From assembly GCA_964417945.1 (NCBI GenBank), contig CAYQKH010000001.1, forward strand, positions 3,443 through 43,842: DNA of 40,400 nucleotides, read 5' to 3'. Below, piece after piece: positions 1 to 8,932 of this stretch. The notes under the pieces were generated by a model, which saw nothing but the letters and a program-made list of their open reading frames with translations, did no database searches and was not told the DNA's origin. This DNA is from an uncultured Opitutales bacterium. Lineage in GTDB: Bacteria; Verrucomicrobiota; Verrucomicrobiia; Opitutales; JABSRG01. A program made the translations under genes and the position numbers. The first letter of the stretch is position 1. Each line of letters begins with the position of its first letter.

Positions 1-1
1 C

Positions 2-817
2 CTGGATCGCCAATTGGTTTTTGCCCGCGTTCAACCGGGTTAATTTGATTGCTTCCTCCGCCAGATCCACTGCGACCACTTTCCGGGCTCCCGCCCCGGC
101 GCACTGCAAGCCGAAGGAACCCAAGTTGCAAAAGGCGTCCAACACCGTGCGCCCACGGGCATAGGAGGCCACCCGCGTGTGCTGGCTGCGCTGCTCGATG
201 TGAAACCTCGCCTTTCTCGGCGAACCCAGGTCTAGAAAATACTCGATCCCGTCTACTTGGAACCAACGCGCCGCAAAGGGCAGGCCCGACCCGGTCTTTA
301 CCTCCTCCTTCAATCCCTCCAATGCCCGAACCGGGGAATCATTCCGGTAAATGATTTCATCCGGGGACAGCAGTTCCCGCAGGATCGCCGAGATCGGCTC
401 CATCTGGAAATCCACCCCTTTGGTCAGCGCCTGGACCAGCAGAACGCCGCCGAATTGGTCCACCATCAGCCCAGGTATGAAATCTGCATCCGAGGCCACC
501 AGCCGCCGGAAATCGCCCGGCACCCGCTTCTCCCGAAGCGAAACCGCCGCCGTCAACGCCTCCCGTAAATATTTAACATCGAAATCCGTCGATTTTCCCC
601 GCGATTTCAACCGACGCCAACAGATCTGGGATTGGCTGTTGTAAATCCCCACCCCAAGCTGCCGACCACGCGCATCCCGAAGCGGGATCGCACGCCCGTC
701 GAACTCCCTCGGCAAGGTCTGCTGCACCTCGTTCGCATACACCCAGGGATGCCCCCGAAGCACCCGGGGACGCGTTCGCGCAATCAGTTTAAGCTCAGCC
801 TTGGCTGTTTTTGCCAT
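2..817 (-). CDS. RlmI/RlmK-family class I SAM-dependent rRNA methyltransferase (3' end runs off the window)
   Basis: Not in the ORF track because it has no stop in the window. My translation from ATG 817: MAKTAKAELKLIARTRPRVLRGHPWVYANEV (PUA-like GHPWVY) ... SDADFIPGLMVDQFG ... RTVLDAFCNLGSFGLQCAGAGARKVVAVDLAEEAI (SAM-binding motif I). Open to position 2. Confidence 0.88.
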   Translation of the reverse strand, partial: MAKTAKAELKLIARTRPRVLRGHPWVYANEVQQTLPREFDGRAIPLRDARGRQLGVGIYNSQSQICWRRLKSRGKSTDFDVKYLREALTAAVSLREKRVPGDFRRLVASDADFIPGLMVDQFGGVLLVQALTKGVDFQMEPISAILRELLSPDEIIYRNDSPVRALEGLKEEVKTGSGLPFAARWFQVDGIEYFLDLGSPRKARFHIEQRSQHTRVASYARGRTVLDAFCNLGSFGLQCAGAGARKVVAVDLAEEAIKLTRLNAGKNQLAIQ

Positions 818-949
818 GGATGCTTCCGATTCGTGGGGCCGCAAATCTAACCACGCTTGGTTGGGTTGATGGGGAAAGCCTGAGAGCTCACTTTATCTTT
901 AATTTCTATCTTCATGGGGCAAGAGTTTTCCTTATACCGCCGGGGTTCC

Positions 950-2080
950 CTAACGCTGCCGGTGGAAGAATACCAGTCCGATCGCCAGCATAAAAACATA
1001 GGGGAACCACGCCGCCGGTAATGCCGGAATCACTCCCCGCTCCCCGAGAATCGCCGAAAAGTTCGCCAGGAAATAAAAGGCGAGGAAGTAGCCCACCGAC
1101 TTCGATACCCCCACCATCGGACTGGTCCGCACCCCAGCCACCGCAAAGGGTATCGCCAGCCCAACCACCACCAGGCAACTGAAGGGCCCCGCCAGGATCT
1201 CGTAATACTGCACCAGGTAGGCCGTGACGCGCGGATTCTCTCCTGGGCTCACCTGCTGGAGAATTCCCGAAATCTCGAAAAGGGAGAGGTCCTTCGGTCG
1301 CTTGTTCAAAGCCATCATCAACTGCGGGCTCTCCGTGTAAACCGGTTTTTCCAATCGCTCGAAAGGAATCGAGCGCACTGGCTCCCCGGTCTCCGAAAAG
1401 TAAAGCTCCCTTCCCTCAAGAAAGCTCCAATAGCCCGTTTCCTCATTGAAAAGTCCTTCCCGTGCCATGATCCGATAATACTCCCGGCCCGCTTCGTTTC
1501 GGCTGAAAACCGTCACCCCCGTTCCAAGATAGGCCCGTTCACTGAAAGCGTTCATGAACCACAGGCGGTTCTCGCGGGCGTTGTCGAAGGACAGGTTCGG
1601 CACCAACCCCACTTCGTCGGCACCCTTCGCCTCCGCTTCGCTTGCAAAACGCATGACATTCAAAAGCTCCCGGGAAGTCTCCACCGACCACGGCACCGCA
1701 CGCGCATTTAAATACAGCAAGAACAGCGACAACAGCAGCCCCACAATCCACAGCACCCGGCTGATCCGCCACAGCGAAAGGCCGCTGGAGCGCATCGAGA
1801 CGATCTCGCTGTTCTTGTGAAAGCTCCCAACCGTGACCAGCAGCGATACCAGAAACCCGATCGGGAGGATCAACGGGAGAAAACTCGGCAATAGCACCCC
1901 GTAATACACCAGAATCGATTCCAGGCGCGCGCCGTAAGAAAGCAGGTCCGAGAGGTCGTCGTACATGTCCTCCAGGATCAGGACCCCAAGGATGACCCCG
2001 ATCGTCAGCAGAAACACCTTGGACCATTCCAAAAACAGATACCGATCGAGCAGTGGAAACATGGGATACCGTTGATTCAT
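950..2080 (-). CDS. LptF/LptG family LPS export permease
   Basis: N-terminal LLDRYL, three TM helices, EIVSMRSSGLSLWRI motif, periplasmic domain, then three TM helices ending PALPAAWFP. Start is ATG 2080 or 2062. Confidence 0.9.
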   Translation of the reverse strand: MNQRYPMFPLLDRYLFLEWSKVFLLTIGVILGVLILEDMYDDLSDLLSYGARLESILVYYGVLLPSFLPLILPIGFLVSLLVTVGSFHKNSEIVSMRSSGLSLWRISRVLWIVGLLLSLFLLYLNARAVPWSVETSRELLNVMRFASEAEAKGADEVGLVPNLSFDNARENRLWFMNAFSERAYLGTGVTVFSRNEAGREYYRIMAREGLFNEETGYWSFLEGRELYFSETGEPVRSIPFERLEKPVYTESPQLMMALNKRPKDLSLFEISGILQQVSPGENPRVTAYLVQYYEILAGPFSCLVVVGLAIPFAVAGVRTSPMVGVSKSVGYFLAFYFLANFSAILGERGVIPALPAAWFPYVFMLAIGLVFFHRQR

Positions 2081-2220
2081 AGGGGTTTGTTGGCCCGAAG
2101 CCAGCGCTTTTGAACCGCCTTTGTTCTTGCACGGCCCTTTCCGCCTGTCAGGGTTTGAAAAGTTGCGCGGCCCCAAAGGGCCAATCCCGCTGTGCGCCGC
2201 CCGGCGCCCAGTCCGACGTT

Positions 2221-3990
2221 ATGAGCCAGAACCAAAAGAAAGATTCCTGGAACTCCAACCTCGGCGTCATCCTTGCCGTTTCCGGAAGTGCGGTCGGCCT
2301 CGGGAATTTTCTCCGCTTTCCCGGCCAGGTCGCCGAATACGGAGGCGGTGCCTTCATGCTGGCCTACTTTCTCTCCTTTCTCCTCATCGGCCTGCCCATC
2401 TGCTGGGCGGAATGGACCCTCGGGCGCTTTGGCGGAAAGTTCGGCTTCAACGCCTCGCCCTCTATTCTCGGCGCTATTACCCGCAACCCGAAATTCCGCT
2501 ACCTCGGCGTCATCGCCATCGTCATCCCGATATCAATCTACATGTACTACGTCGTGATCGAAGCCTGGTGCCTCGCTTACGCCACCAATTACCTCCTCGG
2601 CAATCTGAACTTTGAATCCGTCGAGGAGGCGCAGGGCTTTTTCGTTGGCCTAATCGGGGCCTCCGAGAACGGGTCCGCTATCAAGTTCGATGTGCAGCAC
2701 ATCGGCGTTTATGTCATCCTCGTCTTTATTCTTAATTTTATCCTCATCTGGAGGGGCCTCGCCAAGGGCATTGAGTGGTTCTGCAAGTTTGCTGTTCCCA
2801 TTCTCGTGGTCTTGGCTGTCCTTATCCTCGTGCGGGTGCTGACCCTCGGCACACCCGACCCCGCCTTCCCCGATCGAAATATCAGCAACGGCCTCGGCTA
2901 TATGTGGAACCCCAATAAGGTCGTCGTCGAACGTCAGGATCCCGAATCCGGTGAATGGTCCTACTATACCGAGTTCTTTCCGGGGAAGAAAACCGGCACC
3001 GTGGAGGAGCAACTCTCCGCTCTTGATACCAGGCTGAACGCAGTGGCCAGCCCTGATGTCCCGCTCGCCCCCGTGGAGCTGCGTGTCGTTCGCCGCAGCA
3101 TGTTCCAGCAACTCCTCAATCCCTCCCTCTGGTTGGCCGCTGCCTCACAGATCTTTTTCTCTCTCTCCGTCGGCTTCGGAATTATCGTGACCTACGCCAG
3201 TTACCTTAAGAAGGACGATGACCTCATCCTCAGTGGCCTTTCCGCCGCCAGTGCCAATGAATTTTGTGAAGTGGCTCTTGGTGGACTGATCAGTATCCCC
3301 GCCGGGGTCGCCTTTTTCGGTGTCGCCGGCCTCGCCGGGATCGGTCTCGGCACCTTTGATATCGGCTTCAATGTCCTTCCTCTCGTCTTTGCCCAGATGC
3401 CCATAGGTTCCCTCTTCGGGTTTATCTTCTTCTTCCTCCTCTTCCTTGCCGCCGTAACCAGTTCCCTTTCCATGCTCCAGCCGGGCATCGCCTACCTCGA
3501 GGAGTCCCTCAGCTTGAATCGGCAGCAGTCCGTTTCCATCCTCGGTTTCATCACCGGTGTCGGGACTTTTTTCGTCCTTTACTTCAGCCAGGATCTGAAG
3601 GCCCTCGACACCATCGATTACTGGGTGGCCAACCTTCTCATGGTCCTCCTTTCCCTTATCGAGATTATCATTTTCGCCTGGGTTATCGGCATTGATAAAG
3701 GTTTTGAGGAGGCGCATCAGGGTTCCGCCATCCGCATTCCTTCCGTCTTCCGGTTCATCATGAAATATGTCTGCCCTGCCCTCCTTATTGGCATCTTCGG
3801 CACCTGGCTGATTCAACAGTTTGGAACCGGTGACGGGTATAATGGTTATATCAAAGACCTCTTCATCGAGCCGAACCTCGTCGCCTGGTTGAGTGTTTCC
3901 CTCATCCTCTTCTTCGGGATCTTCGTCGTCCTCACCCTGCCTTCCACTACCCTTTTGAAAGCGCGTATCAAGCAAACTCCCGATTCATGA
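2221..3990 (+). CDS. Sodium-dependent transporter, NSS/SNF family
   Basis: TM1 signature [44 protein letters not shown] at 2221. Confidence 0.93.
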   Translation: MSQNQKKDSWNSNLGVILAVSGSAVGLGNFLRFPGQVAEYGGGAFMLAYFLSFLLIGLPICWAEWTLGRFGGKFGFNASPSILGAITRNPKFRYLGVIAIVIPISIYMYYVVIEAWCLAYATNYLLGNLNFESVEEAQGFFVGLIGASENGSAIKFDVQHIGVYVILVFILNFILIWRGLAKGIEWFCKFAVPILVVLAVLILVRVLTLGTPDPAFPDRNISNGLGYMWNPNKVVVERQDPESGEWSYYTEFFPGKKTGTVEEQLSALDTRLNAVASPDVPLAPVELRVVRRSMFQQLLNPSLWLAAASQIFFSLSVGFGIIVTYASYLKKDDDLILSGLSAASANEFCEVALGGLISIPAGVAFFGVAGLAGIGLGTFDIGFNVLPLVFAQMPIGSLFGFIFFFLLFLAAVTSSLSMLQPGIAYLEESLSLNRQQSVSILGFITGVGTFFVLYFSQDLKALDTIDYWVANLLMVLLSLIEIIIFAWVIGIDKGFEEAHQGSAIRIPSVFRFIMKYVCPALLIGIFGTWLIQQFGTGDGYNGYIKDLFIEPNLVAWLSVSLILFFGIFVVLTLPSTTLLKARIKQTPDS

Positions 3991-4175
3991 ATACCGCCGG
4001 ATTCCTCGTCATGCTTGTTTCTATCGGGACGGTGACCCTCCTTCTCACCTGGTCGATCTACAAGGTCCTGACCACCCCGGGGGAAACGGAACACCTGCAC
4101 GCCTTCGAGCAGGAGACCCCTGATACAAAGCCTAAGCCAGACCTATCTCCTCCAGAAAGTGACCGACCTCACTGA
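3987..4175 (+). CDS. Small single-TM protein, putative NSS transporter small subunit (MetS-like)
   Basis: ATGA overlap with the NSS stop codon. [28 protein letters not shown] is one TM helix followed by a short polar tail. Confidence 0.7.
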   Translation: MNTAGFLVMLVSIGTVTLLLTWSIYKVLTTPGETEHLHAFEQETPDTKPKPDLSPPESDRPH

Positions 4176-4821
4176 GATCCGGGAAGTAGTGGTCCGGCTC
4201 CGCTGCCACCAACGCCTCCACCTGGCAGTAACCCGTTCCTACCCCGACCGTCCGCGCCCCGATTGATCGCCCGCACTGGATATCGAAGGGGGTGTCCCCA
4301 ATCACCAGAACCTCCGCCCCGGTCAGAGTCGGATCCCAGGCCCTTCTCCCCGCTTCGAACGCCTGTCGCGCGATCGCTGGCCGGTCGTAAAGTCCGTCCG
4401 CGTATCCACCCACCGAGAAATAGTCCCCTATCCCGTAATGCCGAAGCTTGTGTTCCGCACCCTCCCGTACGTTACCCGTTAACAAACCCTGTTCCACTTC
4501 CGCATGCTCACGGACGTGCTCTAGAAGTTCCCTCACTCCCGGCAATACTTCTCCGTTGTTCTGGCTCAGCTCCTCGGGAAGATACTCCACATACTTCGCT
4601 AAAAAGGCGTCGATCGCCTCAGGGTCTGTGGGAAGGTCGAACTTTTCGAAAAAAAGCATGCTGATGTAGGGATCCGTCCGCCCCGCCCAGGAAAAATCGT
4701 GCAGCGTCGCGTCCACGCCATAGAGCGATCTCATTGCACGCAGCCACGCCTTTTCGCCCGCCCCCCCCGAGCGGATCAGCGTTCCGTCAATATCCCAAAA
4801 TATCGCTTTCAGCCTTGCCAT
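4132..4821 (-). CDS. HAD-superfamily hydrolase (phosphoglycolate phosphatase-like)
   Basis: Motif I FWDIDGTL, motif II LLTGN, motif IV VIGDTPFDI. Confidence 0.9.
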   Translation of the reverse strand: MARLKAIFWDIDGTLIRSGGAGEKAWLRAMRSLYGVDATLHDFSWAGRTDPYISMLFFEKFDLPTDPEAIDAFLAKYVEYLPEELSQNNGEVLPGVRELLEHVREHAEVEQGLLTGNVREGAEHKLRHYGIGDYFSVGGYADGLYDRPAIARQAFEAGRRAWDPTLTGAEVLVIGDTPFDIQCGRSIGARTVGVGTGYCQVEALVAAEPDHYFPDLSEVGHFLEEIGLA

Positions 4822-4849
4822 TCCCACAGGGATGAGGGATCACGCCCAA

Positions 4850-5266
4850 ATGGCAAGCCCCCTTGCCCGATTCAACGGGTTTCTTCCACTCCTCCTCGGT
4901 ATCCTTGTTGTCGCCACCTTCGCGGGCTGCGGCTCGACAACCGCCCACCGGATCCGCCAATACCCCGACGCCTTTCAGGCACTGCCCGCCGCCGAACAGC
5001 AGCGAATTCTCGCCTCCAGGATCCAAGTGGGCGATTCCCCTCTTCACGTTTACCTCGCTCTCGGTCCGCCCAACCGGAGCGATCGCTTCGTCCTCCCGGA
5101 AGTGCGCCCCGGCGACACTTGGTCCTACCTCGGGCACTTCGGTGAGGACGGGGTCTCCTTCTCCTCCAGCTACGCTTTCAACGGTCCTTCCTTCCGCCCA
5201 CCCGTGATGCTCAACATCACCTTCGGTCCCGAACGGAAAGTCGCCTCCATCAAAACGGTGCCCTAA
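4850..5266 (+). CDS. Putative lipoprotein of unknown function
   Basis: Hydrophobic signal LLLGILVVATFAGC with lipobox FAGC. VYLALGPP...TWSY loosely resembles the BamE/SmpA-like fold. Confidence 0.65.
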   Translation: MASPLARFNGFLPLLLGILVVATFAGCGSTTAHRIRQYPDAFQALPAAEQQRILASRIQVGDSPLHVYLALGPPNRSDRFVLPEVRPGDTWSYLGHFGEDGVSFSSSYAFNGPSFRPPVMLNITFGPERKVASIKTVP

Positions 5267-6273
5267 AGATCCTTCTCCCGGAAGGAACGGGAGGCCTCCA
5301 CGAGGCGGGATAACTTGGCGTGCGTGATGTCCAGCGGAACGTGACCGAACCCGCACTCACTCGTCAGGATTAACCGTTCGGGTGGAAAATACTTCAGGGC
5401 CGGCTTCACCCGCTCCCAGACCGTCTCCAGCGATTCCAGTTCGTCGCTCCTCTGGTCAATTACCCCGATCGCCAGGTCGCCCTTGAAATCCCATTCCTTC
5501 CAGAGGTCCATCAAGTCGTAGGATAAGGTGCAATGCTCCAGTGACACCTCGTCGATTTTCGCCGTCTTAAAGGCCTGGACCAAGTCCGTGTATTTGGTGA
5601 AATAGACCCGCTTCCGGCGAGGGTTGCCTCCGCATACATGGAGGGCGTAGCGCACGTCGGAGCCGATCTCCTCCATCATTTCGTTCAGGATTTCCGCCGA
5701 CCAGACGCTCTGGGCCGGGGATTCCGTCCACATTGGCTCATCGAACTGGATAAAATCGCAACCGGCGGCCACCACTTCCTTCAATTCCTCGACCAGGACT
5801 TTCGCCCAGGCACGGCACATCGCCTCATCATCCGGGTAGAGATCCGGACGCTCATTCAGTGTGAAACGCGTGATCACGTGCGGACCCGTTACCGTTTGCT
5901 TCACCCGCGTTGATTCAGGGGCCGCTTCACGCGCTAGTTTCCAGTTGTGCGCCAGATTGAAGCGAGGATTCTGAATTTCGCCGATCAGTCGCGGGCATTC
6001 AATCGCGAACCCCGCTTCACCGAAACTCTTCTCCTTCATATCGTCGAAGGTTACGCCATCCACGCGCTTCTGATAGAAATAATACATGTTTTCCCGGTAA
6101 CCTTCGCCATCCGTGATGACTTCCAGTCCAAGGTCCCCCTGGTCCTTCGCCGCCCAACGGATATAGGAATCTATTTCTTCCTGTCCCCAAGAGGGGCGCT
6201 TCATCGTGTCCTCCACGGTCTCGGGGCGCGGATAGCTCCCCACCACGGTATTTCTAAATCGTTCTTCCATCAT
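5263..6273 (-). CDS. Cobalamin-independent methionine synthase II family protein (single-barrel MetE-like Zn enzyme)
   Basis: VVGSYPRP, ITDGEGYRE, KQTVTGP, IQFDEP, Zn ligands LHVCG and SECGFG. 336 aa, with no N-terminal folate barrel. Confidence 0.9.
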   Translation of the reverse strand: MMEERFRNTVVGSYPRPETVEDTMKRPSWGQEEIDSYIRWAAKDQGDLGLEVITDGEGYRENMYYFYQKRVDGVTFDDMKEKSFGEAGFAIECPRLIGEIQNPRFNLAHNWKLAREAAPESTRVKQTVTGPHVITRFTLNERPDLYPDDEAMCRAWAKVLVEELKEVVAAGCDFIQFDEPMWTESPAQSVWSAEILNEMMEEIGSDVRYALHVCGGNPRRKRVYFTKYTDLVQAFKTAKIDEVSLEHCTLSYDLMDLWKEWDFKGDLAIGVIDQRSDELESLETVWERVKPALKYFPPERLILTSECGFGHVPLDITHAKLSRLVEASRSFREKDL

Positions 6274-6328
6274 AAATTCGGTGTTAAATATTGTTAGGTA
6301 ACAAAATCTAGCTCCGCCCCCCTGACAA

Positions 6329-7366
6329 CTAGCAAATCAAGACCGGCTTGATCACCGTCCTTTTCTCCGCATCCGCGAAAGCCTGCAGACCTTCCTCCAG
6401 CGGATACGTGTGAACCAGCTCCTTTACCGGTATCTCTCCACGGCCGATGATCTCCAGCGCCCGCTCGTAATTCGGAAGGTCTGAGACGTAGCTCGTGTGG
6501 ATCGTAATCTGGTTTCGCACCAGATTCGTCATATTCAACTGCACCAGCTCCGGAAACAGGCCCACGACCGTAGCCGATCCTAGCGGACGGACCGCTTCAA
6601 GCCCCGCTGAGAGCGCCTCTCCCGATCCCGAGGCCTCGATCTGTCGATCAAAATACTGCCCGTAGCGGTCCTTCGCCTGTTGCGCGATACTCGGCCACCC
6701 GTTCCCCGTGATAATCGTATCAAATCCGATCGCTTCCGCCGCCGGTAAACGCAATTTTTTGTCGGAATCCAGCCCTGCCACTACCACCTTTGCGCCTTTA
6801 AGGCGCGCCACGATCGCCGAAAATAAGCCAATGATTCCCGGTCCCGTAACCAGTACCAAGTCTCCCGCCTCCACGTCCGAACAATCCGTCACGCAATGCT
6901 CTGCCACGGAAAGGGGCTCCGTCAGTGATGCCGTCATCAGGTCCGCTCCCTCCACAACCGGGACGAGATAGGGCTCCCGCACAACCGTGTATTCCGCCAT
7001 CCCGCCATCCAGGTGAATCCCGATGATTTGCCTCGCCCCGCATAATTGCTGGTAGCCACTGCTGCAGTAACGACAGTCTTCCCTCTGGCATCCCTGCACC
7101 GAGATCGCCACCGCCCGATCCCCCGCCTTCCACCGCGATACCCCCGATCCCGTCTCGATCACCTCCCCGCTGAATTCGTGTCCGTAGGTGAATTGCTCCG
7201 GGATGCTCTCATAGCCCGGATGATTCAACCAGGCATGCAGGTCCGATCCGCATACCCCACAGTGGCTCGTCTTTAGGAGCACCTCCTGCGGTCCCAATCC
7301 GGGCAGGGTGATCTCCTCTAAGTTGGAATCTTTCGGGGTTCGGCTATGACGGCGAATGGCTTTCAT
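6329..7366 (-). CDS. Zn-dependent medium-chain dehydrogenase (threonine/polyol dehydrogenase-like)
   Basis: CGVCGSDLH, GHEFSG, structural-Zn cysteines CQREDCRYC...C, Rossmann GPGIIG. Start MKAIRR at 7366. Confidence 0.92.
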   Translation of the reverse strand: MKAIRRHSRTPKDSNLEEITLPGLGPQEVLLKTSHCGVCGSDLHAWLNHPGYESIPEQFTYGHEFSGEVIETGSGVSRWKAGDRAVAISVQGCQREDCRYCSSGYQQLCGARQIIGIHLDGGMAEYTVVREPYLVPVVEGADLMTASLTEPLSVAEHCVTDCSDVEAGDLVLVTGPGIIGLFSAIVARLKGAKVVVAGLDSDKKLRLPAAEAIGFDTIITGNGWPSIAQQAKDRYGQYFDRQIEASGSGEALSAGLEAVRPLGSATVVGLFPELVQLNMTNLVRNQITIHTSYVSDLPNYERALEIIGRGEIPVKELVHTYPLEEGLQAFADAEKRTVIKPVLIC

Positions 7367-7461
7367 ATATCGTAATATGCGGATATGATGATGTGTCTTA
7401 AAATAGACGATTCCCTTCGTCGACAAGCTAAAAATCGAATGCGATCCGACAATCAAGGTCG

Positions 7462-7701
7462 TCAATCCAGCATCCGGATCAGATGCCCCTCAATGAAATC
7501 TGCGCTCACCCCCTCGAGGCGGACCCTCCCAAGCCGGTTGCGGAGGTCTTCCCCGGCGTCCGGAACGACAATGCGAAGGGTATTCCCGGTGTAACCCAGC
7601 CAGGTCGACGCACGCGGATTCTCAGAGAGGACATCGACCTCCCGTCCAAGGTCGCCCTCCTCGTAATCATGGCGCTTCTGTGCGCTCAGTCGCCGCGCCC
7701 G
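7462..7701 (-). pseudogene. Start-less C-terminal (TRAM-like) remnant of an MtaB/MiaB-family tRNA methylthiotransferase
   Basis: 79 codons: RARRLSAQKRHDY...LGREVDVLSENPR...GYTGNTLRIVV...DLRNRLGRVRLEGVSADFIEG. This resembles the MtaB tail pattern G-x-x-V-x-V-L-x-E...GYTxNYxRV. There is no radical-SAM part and no ATG start. Confidence 0.6.
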
Positions 7702-7702
7702 T

Positions 7703-8932
7703 TTAAGCGGTTTTTTCGAACACGACGACCCGCTGCGAATTCGTTCCCCGATCGCCATTCCGGATTCCCCAGCAGTGCGCGGTCTTCGTAAACTTCTGCT
7801 GGTGGTAGAGCACCCACTCGGGTCGCAGCCCGGCTTGCGCGCCAAGGTCCAGGACCCGCCGCTCCAAATCCAGGCGGCCCCCGCGAATTTCACCCACTTC
7901 AAAGGCGATTTTCCCACCCGGCCGGAGCACCCGACGAAGCGCCGTAAAGACCCGCCCCATTAACCGGCTCCAGTCGTCCGGTGAACGCTCTCCCCCCAAG
8001 GCCAGGGGCTCCAGGTCGACCCCGTAAAACCAGCCGCGCAACCAGTTGTCCGCACCGTAATTGACCGTATCGAGGAATGGAGGGGAGGTGACCACAAGGT
8101 CCACGCTCTCGTCTGCGATCCCCTCTAACCGGGAGGCGTCTCCCGAGAAAACGCGCTTCCGCCAACCTTCCGGGCACCATGGTTTGGCCGCCTCCACATC
8201 TCGCAGTAAGGCCTTCGACTTCTGCGCGATACGTTCCGGAACCCGCCGCCGCGGAGGAACCTGCTTTCGCTTTGCGTTGATCCGGCGCTGCGCCTCTATG
8301 CTGACCGCCTGGTTCGGCGGTAGGGTGTAGACCGAGAAAAAACCCGGTGAATGTCCTGTCAAGCGGTTCGCCGCAACCATCCGGATCCAGGCGTCCACCC
8401 GATCCGGCCCCGCGCCCGTCGCCTCCGCCTGCAGAAATCGTTTCCGCAGGAAACAGATCTCACGCAACGTCCCTTCGTGGAAAAAAACGCTCAAGCCCTC
8501 CGGAAGGCGCCCTCGGTAGCGCCAGCTATACGCTTTCAACCGCTCCTCCACCTCCGACTGGCGGGGCGGATTTAGCCTGGGCAGAAGCATCTCGCGGCAC
8601 ATCGGGTTCGCGTCGTTCCCCCAGCCTACCCGCCCGGTTAAAGCCGCTTCCAAAACCGTCGTCCCCCTCCCCATGAAACAGTCCAGGACCCCATCCCCTT
8701 TATCCGTAAACTGCTCGATGAAAAAACGCGGCAACTCCGGCTTGAAGCAAGCACGGTAGGACACCTCATGCAGGCTGTGGCCACCGCGCTGCCGGGAAGG
8801 CCAGAAACTGTTGATTACCCCCGGCACCCGGATCCTCCCTTCCGCCGACTCCACCTCGACCACCCGCGAAGGACGCCCGGCCTCCCCGCACAACACTTGC
8901 CGGGGCAACGCTTTCGTATCCAGTACCTGCAT
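7703..8932 (-). CDS. Orphan site-specific amino (N4-C/N6-A) DNA methyltransferase
   Basis: Motif I VLDCFMGRGTT and motif IV VVTSPPF (SPP[FY], typical of m4C enzymes); HEVSYRACFKPELP. Probable ATG at 8932, though the frame is open to 9049. Confidence 0.85.
   Translation of the reverse strand: MQVLDTKALPRQVLCGEAGRPSRVVEVESAEGRIRVPGVINSFWPSRQRGGHSLHEVSYRACFKPELPRFFIEQFTDKGDGVLDCFMGRGTTVLEAALTGRVGWGNDANPMCREMLLPRLNPPRQSEVEERLKAYSWRYRGRLPEGLSVFFHEGTLREICFLRKRFLQAEATGAGPDRVDAWIRMVAANRLTGHSPGFFSVYTLPPNQAVSIEAQRRINAKRKQVPPRRRVPERIAQKSKALLRDVEAAKPWCPEGWRKRVFSGDASRLEGIADESVDLVVTSPPFLDTVNYGADNWLRGWFYGVDLEPLALGGERSPDDWSRLMGRVFTALRRVLRPGGKIAFEVGEIRGGRLDLERRVLDLGAQAGLRPEWVLYHQQKFTKTAHCWGIRNGDRGTNSQRVVVFEKTA

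Noticed and set aside
3145-3975. Long antisense ORFs (276 aa here; also 14067-14819, 15288-16016 and 37040-38011)
   Set aside because: These are shadow frames of real genes in GC-rich DNA. The E/D/K/G-rich ones mirror hydrophobic codons of membrane proteins, and none has recognisable motifs.
7367-7461. SAM or cobalamin riboswitch upstream of the dehydrogenase/MetE-like pair
   Set aside because: The region is short and has no recognisable aptamer core. It holds only small palindromes (GACGA-N6-TCGTC) and two CGACAA half-sites, too weak to call.
7717-7917. N-terminal half of the 151-aa ORF at 7462-7917
   Set aside because: It is an alternative frame inside the methyltransferase gene. Only the part downstream of the MTase stop looks protein-like.
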